The notes: a model not told the origin generated them from the sequence alone. A stretch of DNA of 64,000 nucleotides from Cetorhinus maximus (GCF_964194155.1 NC_135892.1:83142001-83206000), one strand, 5' to 3'. Shown: positions 24,240 to 38,274, counted from the stretch's first letter. Program-made: numbers and translations.

Positions 24240-26772
24240 ATGCTCCAGAACTTTTCACCCCTCGGACACAGACTGCAAATTAATGTGCATTTTAGGGGGC
24301 AACAGAACAATTGGCCGACTGAGCAAGTTGTATAATCCCCTTGTGAAAGGTGGCCATGGTGCAGTTACTGGTGGAGACGCTCATAGTCCCTTGCAATGTC
24401 TTTATTAAGGTGTGGACCAGTGTCCCTCATCCTTCAAGATAACAGCACAGCTTTGCAGTGTGGGTTAGGAGAATGCCTGAGCTGAGAGCAAAGCATGCAG
24501 TCCAATGGCCGAAGCTGACGACAATTGGCCATTTAGAATGGGGCAAAGGCGGGTTGGGTTTTGGACAGCCAATGAGCCCACAACACACTGGCCATCCAAG
24601 TGGTGGCCAGCGCACTCCTGCATGCGTGAAAGGACCTTCAGACCAAGAGATGTTCTTCATATACCCTGCTAACCCACTCATCTCTCTCTTTGATCCTGCA
24701 GGAGGAGTCCATCAGGATCGTAGAACCTGGTGGTTTGGTGATATGCATCATGGCTTATGGAAACCAGAGAAGATGAAGAAGAGAGCAGCAGAGGGCCCTG
24801 GCTTGACAAAGGGAGGAGCACCTCCCTCAAGATGAAGGATGACTAGGCCGGCTGCACATGCAGCTGAAGATCCACAGCGAACTGTTGCTCGTAGGCACCT
24901 TGCTGGACCCAGGGTCGATAGACGGCGCATGTCATTCCTGCAGATGACTAAGAGTCAGTATCACCGAAGACTTGTGCATAAATAGGGAATTGGTTGGTCA
25001 CATATACCACATGGACACTCTTGAAGTCACCTGGGTGGACGGTCCTGGGGTGTGCACCTGCTGATCCTCCTCCCTATGGGTGCCCAAGGGCCCCTGGCTG
25101 ACTCCTTGAAGAGAAGGGGAAGCTGGAGTGAGATCAAGCTTCCCCATACCCTTCTCTCATTTATACTTTTGGAGGCCAACTATGGCATCAGTGATGGAGT
25201 TCAGCCGGCATGATAGTGCAGGAGCAATGTCCTGGACCAAGGTTTCCATGATGGCCGCCATCCTACCAATGTTGACCTCAGTGCATTTGCATAATACCGG
25301 TGCTGTCACCTCAGAGTGAAGGTGACGGACTCCTCCATCATCCCTTGCAATCTGAGGAGTGCAACGGACATCCCCTCCTGATGTTCCTGAGCTTGTCTTT
25401 GCAGCTCCAACAACTGAGGTATGACCGAGTCCAGAACCTCCTCATCTGACTCGGACTCAGCAAACTCCTGGCCTCCAGTAATCCTCCGAGTGTTGGAAAC
25501 CTGGGAAGTCCCTGCTGCCGCCCGCTGTGGGTCAGACAGTGCGATGTGCTCACCAGATTGTGACCCTGAGGCTACTCTAGAACTAGGTCCCACCGATGTG
25601 TGTGTCTCTGCACTGGTGGAGGGTGTGGGTGAGCACTGTGATGGGTCTTCAATAAGGATGCCTTCTGGTTCTTCTTCCAAGGCGCCTTTAGGCTTGAGTT
25701 GAGGGACTGGGCCGTGGACCCCCTCAGCTGGTTCCCAGATGTGCCTGCAAAAACAAGGAGGGGTAATTAGTGCACGGCAGGGGACTGCAGAACAGGGACA
25801 CTCATTCACAGCACAGTTGCCTGATGGATGTTGCACTGCTGCATCCTCACTTGATTGTGCAGTCCCGACCTCACCGTCAGCACAGGAATGGTCCAGATCG
25901 TCGCCAGCCAGCTGGATGACTCTATTTTCGAAGTCTGTGAGGACCTTGATGTGAGGCATTCCTCCACCAGCCTACGACCTCTCCCTTTTGTTGTGTGCCA
26001 ACTTGTCCTGCATGAATACAGATGGAGAGAGTACAAGCTGGACACCTGCCAGGCCAGATGAGAAGTATGCCTGGTGTGTGGTGAGTGGTGCCATGGATGG
26101 GATGAGGACATGCCCCGAGGTCAGGTGAAGGTGTGTGTGAGATGGTGAATGGTGATGCCCTTTGAACTGGCAGTGAGTGAGGTCCCTGTGGATGTGTGAT
26201 GGGCTTGTGAGTGTGTGAGTTGAGAGTGATGAGAAGATTGACTGACCCTGGTGGAATGGAGGAGATCATTGATCCTCTTTCAACATTGGGTGGCTGTCCT
26301 CTTTTGCAGGATGTTGGCACTGACCACCGCTGTCACCGTCTCCCATGCTGTATTGGTAACCTTGCTTATTGATCTTCGCCCAGAGTGGGGATAGAGGACT
26401 TCACGGCAGGACTTCAGTCCACAATGTCCAGTAGGCATCCAAGGGAGGTGTTGCTAAATTTGGGGGCAGCATGTTTCCCCACTTTGGCAGCCGTGACTTT
26501 CCAGCACCTTAGAGAGAGCTAGCTCTGTACAGGGGCACCCTTTAAATATGGCGCCCGGATTATTGAAGACCTGAGGTGACAGCGAGGCAGGCAAATCAGA
26601 GTCTGCCCTGCCAGTGACCCAGTGTATTTCCCGGGTATGCATTATTAATGAGGTGGGATGCTTCAGGAATGGGATGATAGAGCGCGAAAATCCGCCATGA
26701 TGGCTGGCAGGTAAAACATCCTTTTTTCCTGCCAGCTACCTCATTTTGTGCAAATCTGGGATGATTGCGCCC
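24240..26772. mobile_element. Harbinger transposon, copy B (family of copy A; left TIR lost, internal deletion)
   Basis: Right TIR gggatgattgcgccc. The Myb/SANT gene at 25025-26490 (-) is collinear with 14390-15850. Transposase N-terminus RRMSFLQMTKSQYHRRL at about 24900-25010 (+). Confidence 0.85.
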
Positions 26773-27290
26773 AATGTCTTGTTTTTAAAATGTTCATCCT
26801 CGTTTTCAAATCCCGAAATGGCCTTACCTCTCCCTATCTCCATCATCTCCTCCAGCCCCAAAACCTTCTGATTATATCTGTACTCATCTAATTCTGGCCT
26901 CTTGAGTGTCCCTAATGTTAATCACTCCACCATTGGTGGCCATGTCTTCAGCGTCCTAGGTGCCAATCTCTCCCCAGGAAGTCCCTCCCTACACTTTTCT
27001 GCCTCTCTACCTCACTTTCCTCTTTTAAGGTGTTCCTTAAAAACTTGCTTTTTAACCAAGCTTTTGATCATCTGACCTAATACCTCCTTATGGATACTGC
27101 AAAATATCAGCGCTCAGCACTCACAAGTGTATTATGCAGGGAGATTTTCCAGGCTTGTTTAACGAGTAATATGTGAAATTTAATAATGAGAGGTTCAAAA
27201 AATTAAAGGTGTTTTGTTTATATTGTTCCTGTGATTTGTTTTGGGGCATCTTTATCACATAAAAGGCACTATATAAATATAGGTGGTTAA
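26773..27290 (+). mobile_element. L2 3' part (continuation of 21125-21680)
   Basis: tttaaaatgttcatcctcgttttcaaatcc...aaaggcactatataaat L2 end. Confidence 0.82.
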
Positions 27291-27856
27291 TACGTACACT
27301 TTCCGACACAGTCTCTGGTCAGTAACCAGAGACTGATTCCTCCCTTTTCAGCCCGGGGCTACTGTTTACAATCAACTGACTCAGCACAACCAAGGCGCTG
27401 CGCCCACCAAGGGCAATTTTTTAAAACTACTAGTCCTTTAAATGGCAGTCATCCTGAAATCAGAACTAAGCAGTTGGAGTATCTACTCTGAAATTGCGGT
27501 AATGCTATGTGTAAACTTCAGCTGCTTCTGGTAAGGTATCTGTGGTATATCTGGACAATGCAAATGGCGAAAATGAGAAACAAAAGTGTCTGTGGTTGTG
27601 GATAATTACAGGTAATTAGCGGTTATTTAATCACAGGATTAAGGTGAAAACCCAGCAATAAAAATGATCCTTTACTCCAATCCACATTTTTTTCATATTT
27701 ACAATGAGGAGAGCCATCTGAAATATAGACAAGTATATATAAATACTGCAAAATATTAGTGCTCAGCACTAACAAGTGTATTATGCAGGAAGATTTTCCG
27801 GTTTTGTTTAACTAGTAATATGTGAAATTTAATAATGAAATTAAAGATGTTTTGTT
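27094..27856 (+). repeat. Dispersed direct repeat of about 115-125 bp (27094-27218 and 27743-27856)
   Basis: atactgcaaaatat..gctcagcact..caagtgtattatgcagg...gtgaaatttaataatga is present twice. Confidence 0.92.
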
Positions 27857-28410
27857 AATAAATTGAAACTGATATTAATTATATGGATTTTGTGCTTCAT
27901 TAAGGGTACCTAGGCTGCTTAATATTTGTTCCCCATTGAGGCTGCTCATAAAACATGTCATCAAAGACTCATTAGGTTTTTCTATAAAGCCACTGCTCTC
28001 TGGCTTTCATGTCGAATGCTTCACTGCCTGAGGGGGAGGAAGGTGTGAGAGGAATACATTCAGTTTAAATTAGTCCCCCAAACTGTCTCCTGAAAAGATG
28101 GATTTATAATCCTTTATATTGTCTTGTTTAAGTATCTTTGATATTAGTAATCTCAAGGAGGCTGGCATTTTGCATCTCTGCCCCCCTTCGCATTGCTCCA
28201 ATAATAAAGCAAAGTGTGTTCATAGGAACGCCATTAATTATAATGGGGCCAAGACTTGCCAGCAGGCCAATTCAGAATCCCTTAATCCCAAAATTTGAAT
28301 TGCTTAAGTACCCAGTTGACACTGATATTCTCCAGTATGCACATCTAACATGCAAATAAATGTACACATGTACACAAAGAGAGAGGTTGGAAATATTTTT
28401 ATCCAACACT

Positions 28411-28760
28411 GAGAGATAGTGATGTAGTGGTAATGTTGCTGGGCTAGTAATCCAGAGACCCAGGCTAATACTGTGGGACATGGGTTCAAATCCTGCCATG
28501 GCAACTGGCCAATTCAATTCAATTAATAAACCTGAAATTGAAGCTACTCTCAGTAATAATCACCACAAAACTATTATCAATTGTTGTGAAAATCCATCTG
28601 GCTCTTGAGGAAATCTGCCATCTGTACTGAGTCTGGCCTACATATCCACAGTAATGTACCCTTTGAAATGGCCTAACAAGCCACTCGGCTCAAGACAATT
28701 CAGGATGGGCAGCAAATGCTGGCCTTGCCAGCATTGCCCTCATCCCATGAAAGGATAAAA
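28411..28760 (+). mobile_element. Full-length tRNA(Thr)-like SINE made of the LINE 5' head and LINE 3' tail
   Basis: A box at 28420-28430, ctagtaa anticodon loop at 28444-28450, B box ggttcaaatcc at 28483-28493. The body runs to gccactcggct and then joins the LINE tail caagacaattcaggatgggcagcaaatgctggcc. Confidence 0.9.
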
Positions 28761-28929
28761 GGACTATGAGCATATGGCTGTTGAAGCCACACCAGTCACA
28801 GCATCTTCTCAAGCAAATACTTGAGAAGAGAAAGGATGCAACTGTATGGTGGAAAACAGGAGAAATGGAGGTGGTTAGAATGCCCTCCTTGATCCTATGG
28901 GACATCGTCCCAGTTGTATTAAAAGCAGT

Positions 28930-29987
28930 TAGGTTCTAGACCCCCCACCCCTTACACCTGCTCACCTTCCCAAACACTCCCCAATGCCCCTTCCATGTCC
29001 CCCTGCATCCTCCATGCCCACTCACCCTGTATACACCATAGTACCAATAAGCCATATGGCAAGTCTTGAAATGCACTTAAAAAAAACACCCATTCAAAAA
29101 TCTCCTTTGAATAAAACTGCTGCTCCTACAACCCTATAGAAGTGTCAATCACACGGAGCCATTATGGTATCAAATACAGAAACTTTACCTCACTTCACAC
29201 TTCTTAATCTTGCCCAGATAAACATAGACATTGAAAGAAGCAGTTCAAAGAATGAAAAACTTATTTTAACCTCATTGGTTATTTTAAATTCCCCGACTTT
29301 AAATCCAGCTGGCCAGAGCGATACTAACCTGGGGGTGGCCTTAATTATTTAAGAGTGGGTCCTCCGCCACTCAGGGACAGGATGTCCTGCCCTAGGGAGC
29401 TGCCGGCCAATCAGATTGGCCAGAAGCTCTGTAGTCCCAGCAGTGCCAGAAGAGAGTATTGGCCACAGCTAGGGCTACAGGTAGTCCCAAAGAAGGAGTG
29501 AAGATGGATACCAGACTTAAGGTAGTTCCAGGGATTTTGGGCGGGCATGGCTGCAAAACCACAGTGAGTGGGGTGGGTGTCATATTACAGAGGGCAGTGG
29601 CGGGGGGGGCATAAAGGGGAGGTACCATCTTGAGGGGCTGCCCCCAGTTGGCACAGTTGACCCCCCCCCCCCCCCCCCCCCCAATGGAGGTACCTCCTTT
29701 TATGCTCGACAGCAACCTGGAATGTCATAGCTGCTGGGCTGCTCGCCTTCCTCTCACCCTCCTTTGCAGGTAAAAAAATTGCGGTGGGGGTGGAGTGAGG
29801 CTTTTAACTGGCAGTTAATTATCCACTTAAGGGCCTGAATAGGCTTAAGGGCAGGCGGGTTGTCTGACACTTTAACTGTCCCCCATAATATGAGGGACAG
29901 GCTGGGGGTGGTCTGGCTACTCATTTTATTTTATGTGCCCCCAACCTGCCTTCAGATACACCAGCGAGGGGCGGTAAAATTCACCCC
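28930..29987. mobile_element. Decayed Harbinger-type non-autonomous element(s)
   Basis: Right TIR ggtaaaattcacccc and ttaagggcc subterminal motifs; the left part resembles 44820-45050 inverted. Confidence 0.55.
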
Positions 29988-31489
29988 ATGGAGTTTGAGG
30001 TCTGTGTATATAACGAAGGTAAAATTTAGCTACAGCAGGGGAGAAAATAAGCAGTAGCAAATCAGCCACCTATTAAACACCACACTTAATTCCCCTTTCC
30101 ATTGGCTTTAATTTGAATTTTACCCCAATGCATCTGTATGCATAGATGTGCTTGCAAGCATATAAGAATACATGTAAGTTTTCTCATGATATATAGCTGT
30201 ATATCTAAGTTTGGATGTCTTTATCTATGTGTATATGTATAGGCATACATTTTTGTGTGTTAGCATGAAGCCATCAGGGCCAATAAATAATTAAGACAGG
30301 TAAAATATTTGAAACTGCTTACCACTTAACCACCACCTTCACCGAGAGATACGAAAGAGCAAGGTGCGAATTTTGTAGCACCCCTCACATAGCGGATAAT
30401 GTCATAAAGCACTTTATTATAAAGAAGTTAAAACATGAGAAGAAATGTGCAAATGGAGAAAGTTATCATATACACTTAAGAACTTTGCCAGATTTGATTC
30501 CTGTCTAAATACAGTACCAGTATTTATTTATTTCTCGGCTTATTACTACATACCAAATTTATCCAGCTGATGGTGAAATAGAAAGGATTAATTCAATGTT
30601 CTAGATATTTAAAGATATTATGTAAATGTGTAGGTTTAAATTACATATATATTTTAAATTATATATTATATATTATAAATTATATATATTCAAGACCTAG
30701 AGTATATTTAGAAGTAGGGCTGTCACTACTGAACCAAGCTGAACATTTACCCTGGCGCTGCTTTGCAGGAATTTGCTGAAAAAGTAATGATGTCTGAATG
30801 GTCCATGTCTGTTATTATTAATGTGTAAATCAGCCTGCAACTTGTGGTAAAAAAGAGGTGTGTGTGAATTTCAAGTTGCCACAATACAGGTGCGGACGAT
30901 TTTCACCACTCCACCATTGGTAAATGGCAGCTCACTCATAACCTCCCTGTGAGATTGATGAAGTTGCTTAAACTCATCACAAAAAGCTGTCTAGTAATTC
31001 ATTTTGGCAGCCTTCCGTCTCATGAGACGATGGTTTGCGTCATGGTTGTCAGTTCTGTGTTAAATATTGCCTGGTGTGGCTCAGGAGCTCTACCACGACA
31101 TGGCAGTCTCTGCCACATTCGCTGCAGAGGAAGACAGTGGACTGAGAAAGTGCATGATTCGCCAACATTTGTTTTCACTGGGCCTTTTTCTCAGCCAATT
31201 GAGCTTCCTGTTTCTGCTCACCTCATCCAATGCCCCTCGAAACAGTCATCCTCCAGAGGTCACAGTCATCAACGATTGTGCCCCAGTTGTCTGTGTTTGC
31301 CTTTCGGATGAGATATTAAACCAAAGCCCCATCTGCCTACTTGGGTGGATGGAAAAGGTTCTATGGCACTATAATTAATAGCATAGTACACTTTTAACAA
31401 TGTGATAATTGTTAATGACTGCCAACCAACCTCTATGGCTGTGAAAGTGAACAATTAAAAGTGTGAAGTCTCATTTCTTCAGGTAGGCT

Positions 31490-31885
31490 CATAGACTCAC
31501 ACAACTACAGCACAGAAGGAGGCAATTCAGCCCATCGTGTCCATGCCAGTCAACAAAGATCTGACTACACTAATCCCATTTTCCAGCGCTTGGCCCATAG
31601 CCCTGGAGGCTATGGCAATGCAAGTGAATAGCTAAATACTTCTTAAATGTTGCGAGAGTTTCTGACTCAACCACCCTTTCAGGCAGTGAGTTCCAGACTC
31701 CCACCACCCCCTGGGTGAAAAAATTTCTCCTCAATTCCCCTCTTAGTCTTCCAATTCTTACCTTAAATCTATGCCCCTTGGTTATTGACCTCTCTACTAA
31801 TGGAAAAAGTGCCTTCCTATTCACCCTATCTATGCCCCTCATTATCTTATACACCTCTATCAGGTCCCCTCTCAACCTTCACTGT
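31490..31885 (-). mobile_element. CR1 3' fragment
   Basis: RGDLIEVYKIMRGIDRV...FFTQGVVGVWNSLP. Confidence 0.92.
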
Positions 31886-32849
31886 GAAATGTTGTTTTAG
31901 AGTTAAAAAAAATACATTTTGATTTTTTTCTCTTACTTTTATATTCTGTCTCTTTTCTCCCTCTATTTCTCTGACTGTACCTGATTTGACATTGGGATTA
32001 TCCATTCTAATTCACCCTGACTCACTGTCCTTTCTGCCTATTTTTTAAACCTATAAATCTGATTGATTAAGGAGATACGCTGTTGTCCCATTCATTCACC
32101 AAGGTCCCAGATGCCCTGTTACCCTCATCACACTGTTATCAGCTCGCATGCCCAAAAACATGTAGGGCAAAATAACTTGAGCTGAAGGATGCAGGAACTA
32201 ATAACCAGCAAAAGCTGGCCCATTATTGTTCATGTTTCAGGAGGTCAGCAATGAGAAACATAATCCCAGCATTTGAATTGCTAAATCTGACACCCTTATC
32301 TGGAAGGAAGATCCAGGAAATCTGGGTCTATGAGGCCACTGCCAACATAGGAGAATGCTGAATTCAGTGGAAAAAATACGAACACTGGGAGCCAACACAT
32401 GGCCACTGGCCTCCTGGAAACGGAAATTAAACAGCATTGGTATAAGAATAGCTAAAGACTCCTCTGTTCCAATGTGAAACAGGGTTTCTGCAGTTCCTAG
32501 TGAACATCTCCCAAATCTATCCCTAATTTGGTGTGAAATTGGAAGCCTCACTCCACAGGGTGGTTGATGTGGAAGAAGGGGGGAAAAAATAGTCTTTGGT
32601 GCTGTGGTAATAGAGGTGCATGTCTGAACTTAGGCTGAGGAAGCTTTACCTGACCTGGTGTTATTGCTATTGCTGGGTTCACAAAATGGGGAAGTGTTCC
32701 TTCCATCAGTGTAAACATACTCCCACTTAAGGAATACAACATTTAAATAGAAAAAGAAAAAAGGCTTTATGACACTGAAATATTGTAAAATAAGATTGGA
32801 AACAAGTTAAATACAAAAGAATTACCATATTGGTTAATCTTGTGAGATC

Positions 32850-33140
32850 TTTGACTTCCTCCAATTCTGGCCTCTTGCACATCCCAGATTTCAATCACTC
32901 CACCTTGCCTTCAACTGCTTAGGATCTAAGATAGGTACTTCCCTCCCTAAGCCTCTCTGCCTCTCTATTTCTCTCTCCTCCTTTAAGGTGCTTTCTAAAA
33001 CCTACTTCTTTCCCATGCCTTTGGTCATCTGTACTAATACCCCCTTATGTAGTTCAGTGACAAATCTTGTTTGATAACTTGTGAAGTGCTTCAAGATCTT
33101 TTATTACATTAAACATGTTATATAAATATAAGTTATTATT
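32850..33140 (+). mobile_element. L2 3' end
   Basis: Collinear with 26880-27290. Confidence 0.8.
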
Positions 33141-36100
33141 ATGTGAGACAGTAATGGCACACATTGGTAGAACTAGCCAGAACTAATTTTCCACCTTCAT
33201 GTTCCTGTCAGGAGGCCTTGCTGTATTTCGGAAATTTGGACTTCCACGATGCCCAATTTTCCAACCATGGAAGGTAGATCTTGAGTACCCAAATTTCCAA
33301 TATATGGTGCTGCATGAGGCCCAATAAGGCCCTTCATTATTCCCCTATTGTACATTGTGGGTGTGGATAAAGTGGGCCCTGCAGACTCAGACAGTTATTG
33401 TCATTTGTCAAAGAGAATGTAAATCCTAAGAAGAAAGTGATGTTTCGTTCCACAATTCTTTCAATATGAGAGCGTAAGTCCTGTTGGGCTAACACTCTTC
33501 TTTAGTTGAGAGAGGAATTTGGTGAAAGAAAATTAAACATTTGTCTACCTTAAATTCTCTATAAAAAAAATGTTCTTCAGAATAAAACAAAAAAGGCACT
33601 AAAGGAATTTGAGTCCACGTGATGCTGGAGTTAAATTGACACTTAGACAACAAGTTACAGTGAAAGAAAAGTGAAAACTTGATAAGGACAGGATAAACTT
33701 GTGGCTGAAAGCAACCTGTGACCTTTATTCCTCTGTTGAATAGGTGGGCGTTTATAAAATGGGACTTTCACATTTGCAAGATTAACTAATTTGTCTCGGT
33801 CACATTTTGACCATAGTTTCCACTTCCTACAACTGTTCTAATAAACAGTGCTATCGTGATGCTCTGAGAGGAAATGCTCTATCTTGGTCATTGGATAGGT
33901 TGTGCTCTGTCCCATACAGTAAATGCATTTTTTTCATGCCACATGATGGTAGAAGTGCCTCCTCTGCTCCATTTCCATTCACCTTTTCGGATATTGAAAG
34001 GCCTCACGAGTTAGATGGAAACAGTGTGAGGGAGTGTGCAGAGGCACAGCACATTGCAGCTCCAAGTGCGCTGCTGCAACACAACAGAATTGAGGCTGTG
34101 ACCCTCCATGTGATGAGTTTCCAGCTGGCTGTTCAATCCTAAGTATGTCCAGAGTGAAGGCCCTCTAGGGGAAAGAAAATCTGAGGCAACATCACCCATG
34201 TCAGTGCTCTCATCCCTGTGAGTTGTCAAAATAACTTTTAGGAGTGGCATAGGAGTAGAGGGGGGGATATTTAAACTTTAAAATTGGGACCAGAAGATTA
34301 AATAATGTACAGATTGTGAATGAAGACAACACATTTGTGCACTGGAAAAGGCAACCTGGAATAGCAAATATTATCTTCCTTGTGATCATTCAATGAATTT
34401 TAGCCAAAATGGTAGGGAAGAGAAGAGAAATCACCTTAGGCGGGAGGACTCAATTGGATAATCCAGTAAATTAGGAATTTTAACTGGACTTTTGGCAGGA
34501 GAGTTCCTAGCTTGGGTGAAATGAACTGATAGAAATGGAAAATACTGCTGGAAGCCTGAAATAAAAATAGAAAGTGCTGGAAATACTCAGCAGGTCTGGC
34601 TGAAATGAACTGAAACCACCTCACAGGTACAAACTTGAATCACTGATATCCAATTGCCTTGCAGAACATCTGTTCTCCACAAAACAGCAGTAATATAAAT
34701 TGGCAAGTATTGTGTTTATTGCTTATCCTCAGGCCCGAATATAATGATTTTATTACACGCTAGTACTTTTTGGAAGTCATCCCCTCTCACGCTTTTGTTA
34801 TTTTTACCTTCTTCAGATTCTCCTGCATGACACAAGCCGCTCCCTAACTGAGAAGGCCAGTCAACAGCCTCTTCCGGAGCATTTTCCGTCCTCCCCCTCC
34901 TCCCCATTCACTTTGCTCTTAGCGGCCTGTAATCCAGAAATTACGATAAGCGAGTTACAGATGTGGACACCTTCTTACCACTCCATTAGACAGGGCTGTA
35001 TATGCCATCTCACAGCACCATCAGGTGCTGATCTTTTCAGTCTCCAAGCCATCGCTGGCATTTTATTTGATGTCGAAGCTGTCTACACTGTGAACATGCT
35101 CTCTTGAATATTCAATATACTACCATAGCATTAATATGGTTTAGCTTTAAGTGATTGGTTGAACTGTGTCTCCATAGCAATTAAACACTTGATGATGGTG
35201 GAATCTCTAATTTGCCCGACTATTTCTGGTGACATAAATTATCAGCACTTAAATGTTCTATTAATTTACAGGCCCAAATCATAATCTGGTAAGTTTGCTG
35301 ATAATATATATGAAAGGGTGAAGTAAATGTGTATGTAGCTGAAAAACTGCAACATTTCCGACACAATCTTGTACTCCTGAACTCAATTTTTAGACAATTG
35401 TAGCTGTTTGTAAACTTCTGATTTAAAATAGGAAAACCCCAGCTTAAAATGATTAATTTTTTTAATGTAAAGATTTTTTTGTATTGGCAACAAAATGTGA
35501 CACATTCTAGGCTCTAGACTCATGCATACAGTTGTTGAATCGGGTTTGTTTTCCATTTCTTTTCAGTTTCAGTGCTATCTACAAAACTCGATACACATCG
35601 CAGGCATGTTTTATGGCAGAATGCCAGTTCGTAGTGCTACAGTCTTCAGAGGTTCAGAAATCTAATGAACAGTATGTACGTATTCTTGAATTTGCTGCTT
35701 CATGGCAGTGACCTGTCTCAGTGGTTATTCTTATCCGGTGGTTTGTGGCTATCACAGACCCAATCATGAGCTGCTACACATAAATTAAGGCAAAGAATGC
35801 AACTTTTGCTACCTGTGTGAAGCCTTTCTAGGTTGAAGCACATGGCAAAAAATTGGGGTCATAGTATTGTAGCCCTGTCTCTGACCCAGATTGGAGAGGT
35901 GAAGAGGAAAATAGTAATTTGTATCTTAATGACGATAATAGGATCAAAAGGTAAAACAGCTGAAGAACCAATTTTCAGTCCTTTAATTTTTGTGATCTGG
36001 TAAACTGTACAGTATAAATGATGCATGATGCTGCTGTGAGAATTTAAAGCTGCAAGTTACAAACTCTTCAGCAATCAGCTAAGGGCACATAACATAAGGT

Positions 36101-38274
36101 CAGATCTAATCTTGGTCTACAGCAGAAGTGAATTTATATTGGCACCCAGAGAGGCTATATGGCATGGTTACAATCAGTTTACAATCAATTGTACTGAAAA
36201 TCACAGAAATCTTGCTATTCGAGCAAAAGAAGTCAGCAGCAATGCAACTTTAAATCATCACACCAGTCAGGGCTGTCTGGAGATATGGGGAGGAAATCGA
36301 AGGCTCCCTCCAGTGTCAGGCTAGCTCTGTGCTTATACTGCCACATTATAGCAGCACACATTGTTAGATTCACTCAGAAGTGGATTTCATCCCAGGTACA
36401 TTCCTGAAGGAGATCTGATCAATAACAGGGAAATGAAGACAGGATCCATGCACAATATATTAATCATTATGCCTTTCATAAATTTACTTTCAGATCATAG
36501 TGAGGGAAAAGTTTAGTTGCCAACGGCAATAACCTGACAAACAATTTATTTTTCAATGCATTGACAATGTTAGGTTTGGTGACAAGAGCAATTTTTCTCC
36601 CATTCTTTCTCAAATTAAAGAAAATGTTTAAAATCCACACATATCTGTAATTTAAATTACAAAGTGCATCACAACATTCTATTTCAGGGTTGCTCCTTCC
36701 CTAGCCCCTGCTCCTGCAATCACCCAGAAAAGCCAAGACTGTGCACCCAATCACTGCCCTTGCTCACTTGATCCCATTGTGGTTGACATTGTTGAAGTCA
36801 TCCACCAATCATCTAATGCAGTGACCCATGGCATTGCAGATTGCTTGGCTACCTGCTCATCTGCATAAATATTCAGTTATCCCTTGCCCACCCACACAAA
36901 CAGCCAATTGCCATTCAACCCACCCTTGAGCAGGATTTTGCTCCCCTTGTCCCCACAGACCAACAATTTGGGACTGCCTGCCATTGAGGACCATTTTGAG
37001 TCCAATAAACCCCTTTCTCCCACTGAGCAACAATTCAACCTTCCTCACTCCCAATGACCAGTACCTAGTGCTCCTTAAAGTGGAATAATTTCAGACTCTC
37101 CCATATTTTCATTGACTCTGATCCACATCACCCTCCTGTCTCCTGGTCGATGATCTGGCATCTTCAGAGGAACTGTTACGCAGCCACATGACATTATAGC
37201 TAACCCAATGCAAGATGCCAATATGAACGAGGAGGAGAAAAAAATAAGGTGAACAACCTTTTCCCTTTGTTCAACAAACCACATCCCCAGCTATGCTGTC
37301 ATCACCCTTTCTTTCTCATTTACCAGCCCAGGGAAAGTTATTCAGTGAATGTAATTATTTCTGATGAGCACTGGGTGAGACACAACCCATGGAGTGTTAG
37401 AGGTGAAAATGGAATCTGACAGCAGGAAGGCTGTAGAATTCAGCTCTGCTTCTAGGGCCTGTGGATTCAGGTCTTAGGGGTGCTCTTCTAAAATGATGGG
37501 TTGCTGCATATGCATCACGCTTACTTGGAACCTCTGATGATTATCTCAAAGGAGCTGAGACTGATGATAGTGATCACAGCAAAATCCAAAATCATCCTCA
37601 GTGCTAATGTTTGAGGGTTCAACAGAAGTCAACATTGCTTGGAATCGGTGGCATCATCAAGAACACTTCTCAACCTTTCCTGTTTACATACCGGTCTCCA
37701 TATCAGGCAGATTATCCAACATGGAAGCTTGGACCACTGGTCCTCAGGCCCTGAGACAGCCAGCTGCTGAGAAATTCAGGATCTGCAGAATCAAGTTCAC
37801 ACCATCAATTTTGCCGTCTTGTGACCAATAGGCACTCAGATTCAGAACCCAGCACAACTGGTATGGCTAAAGACTGCAGCTACTCCCTGTCCTCATGACA
37901 GCTCATGTGACTTTTCCAGCCAGCCAACCATATTTAATAACTTTTAATGCACCAGTTTAAAAAGGATTTAAAAATACCATTCATTTTTTTTAATCTTACA
38001 GTTTTCCCCTTCCTTTTCCCTGAGTCATAAAGAGAAATGATTCCATGGGCAATGGCCACCCTCTGATACCTTGGTACAAGTGGCCGTTCTTCATATGTTG
38101 GCCTAGACAGTGAATGTCTGCAGATTGTTTGACTATGAAGGTATTAAAAACTCACACTTTCTAATTGGAATGGCAAAGAGCGGAAGACTGGCTAATTTGT
38201 TCTCTGCCACCACCAAGCCCTCGTGCCCCCCCCACCCCCCCACCTTCCCACCACCTCCATCACCTTAACCTGGA

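Noticed and set aside
29661-29682. Poly-C run; also AT-rich 30630-30690, (CA)n near 40280 and a 13-bp tandem at 40412-40445
   Set aside because: Ordinary low-complexity sequence.
30318-30420. Minus-strand donor gtg|gtaagc with upstream exon-like sequence
   Set aside because: Stops in all three frames and no clear acceptor.
36690-37970. Possible very old Harbinger remnant
   Set aside because: Only a compositional impression; no alignable motif or TIR.
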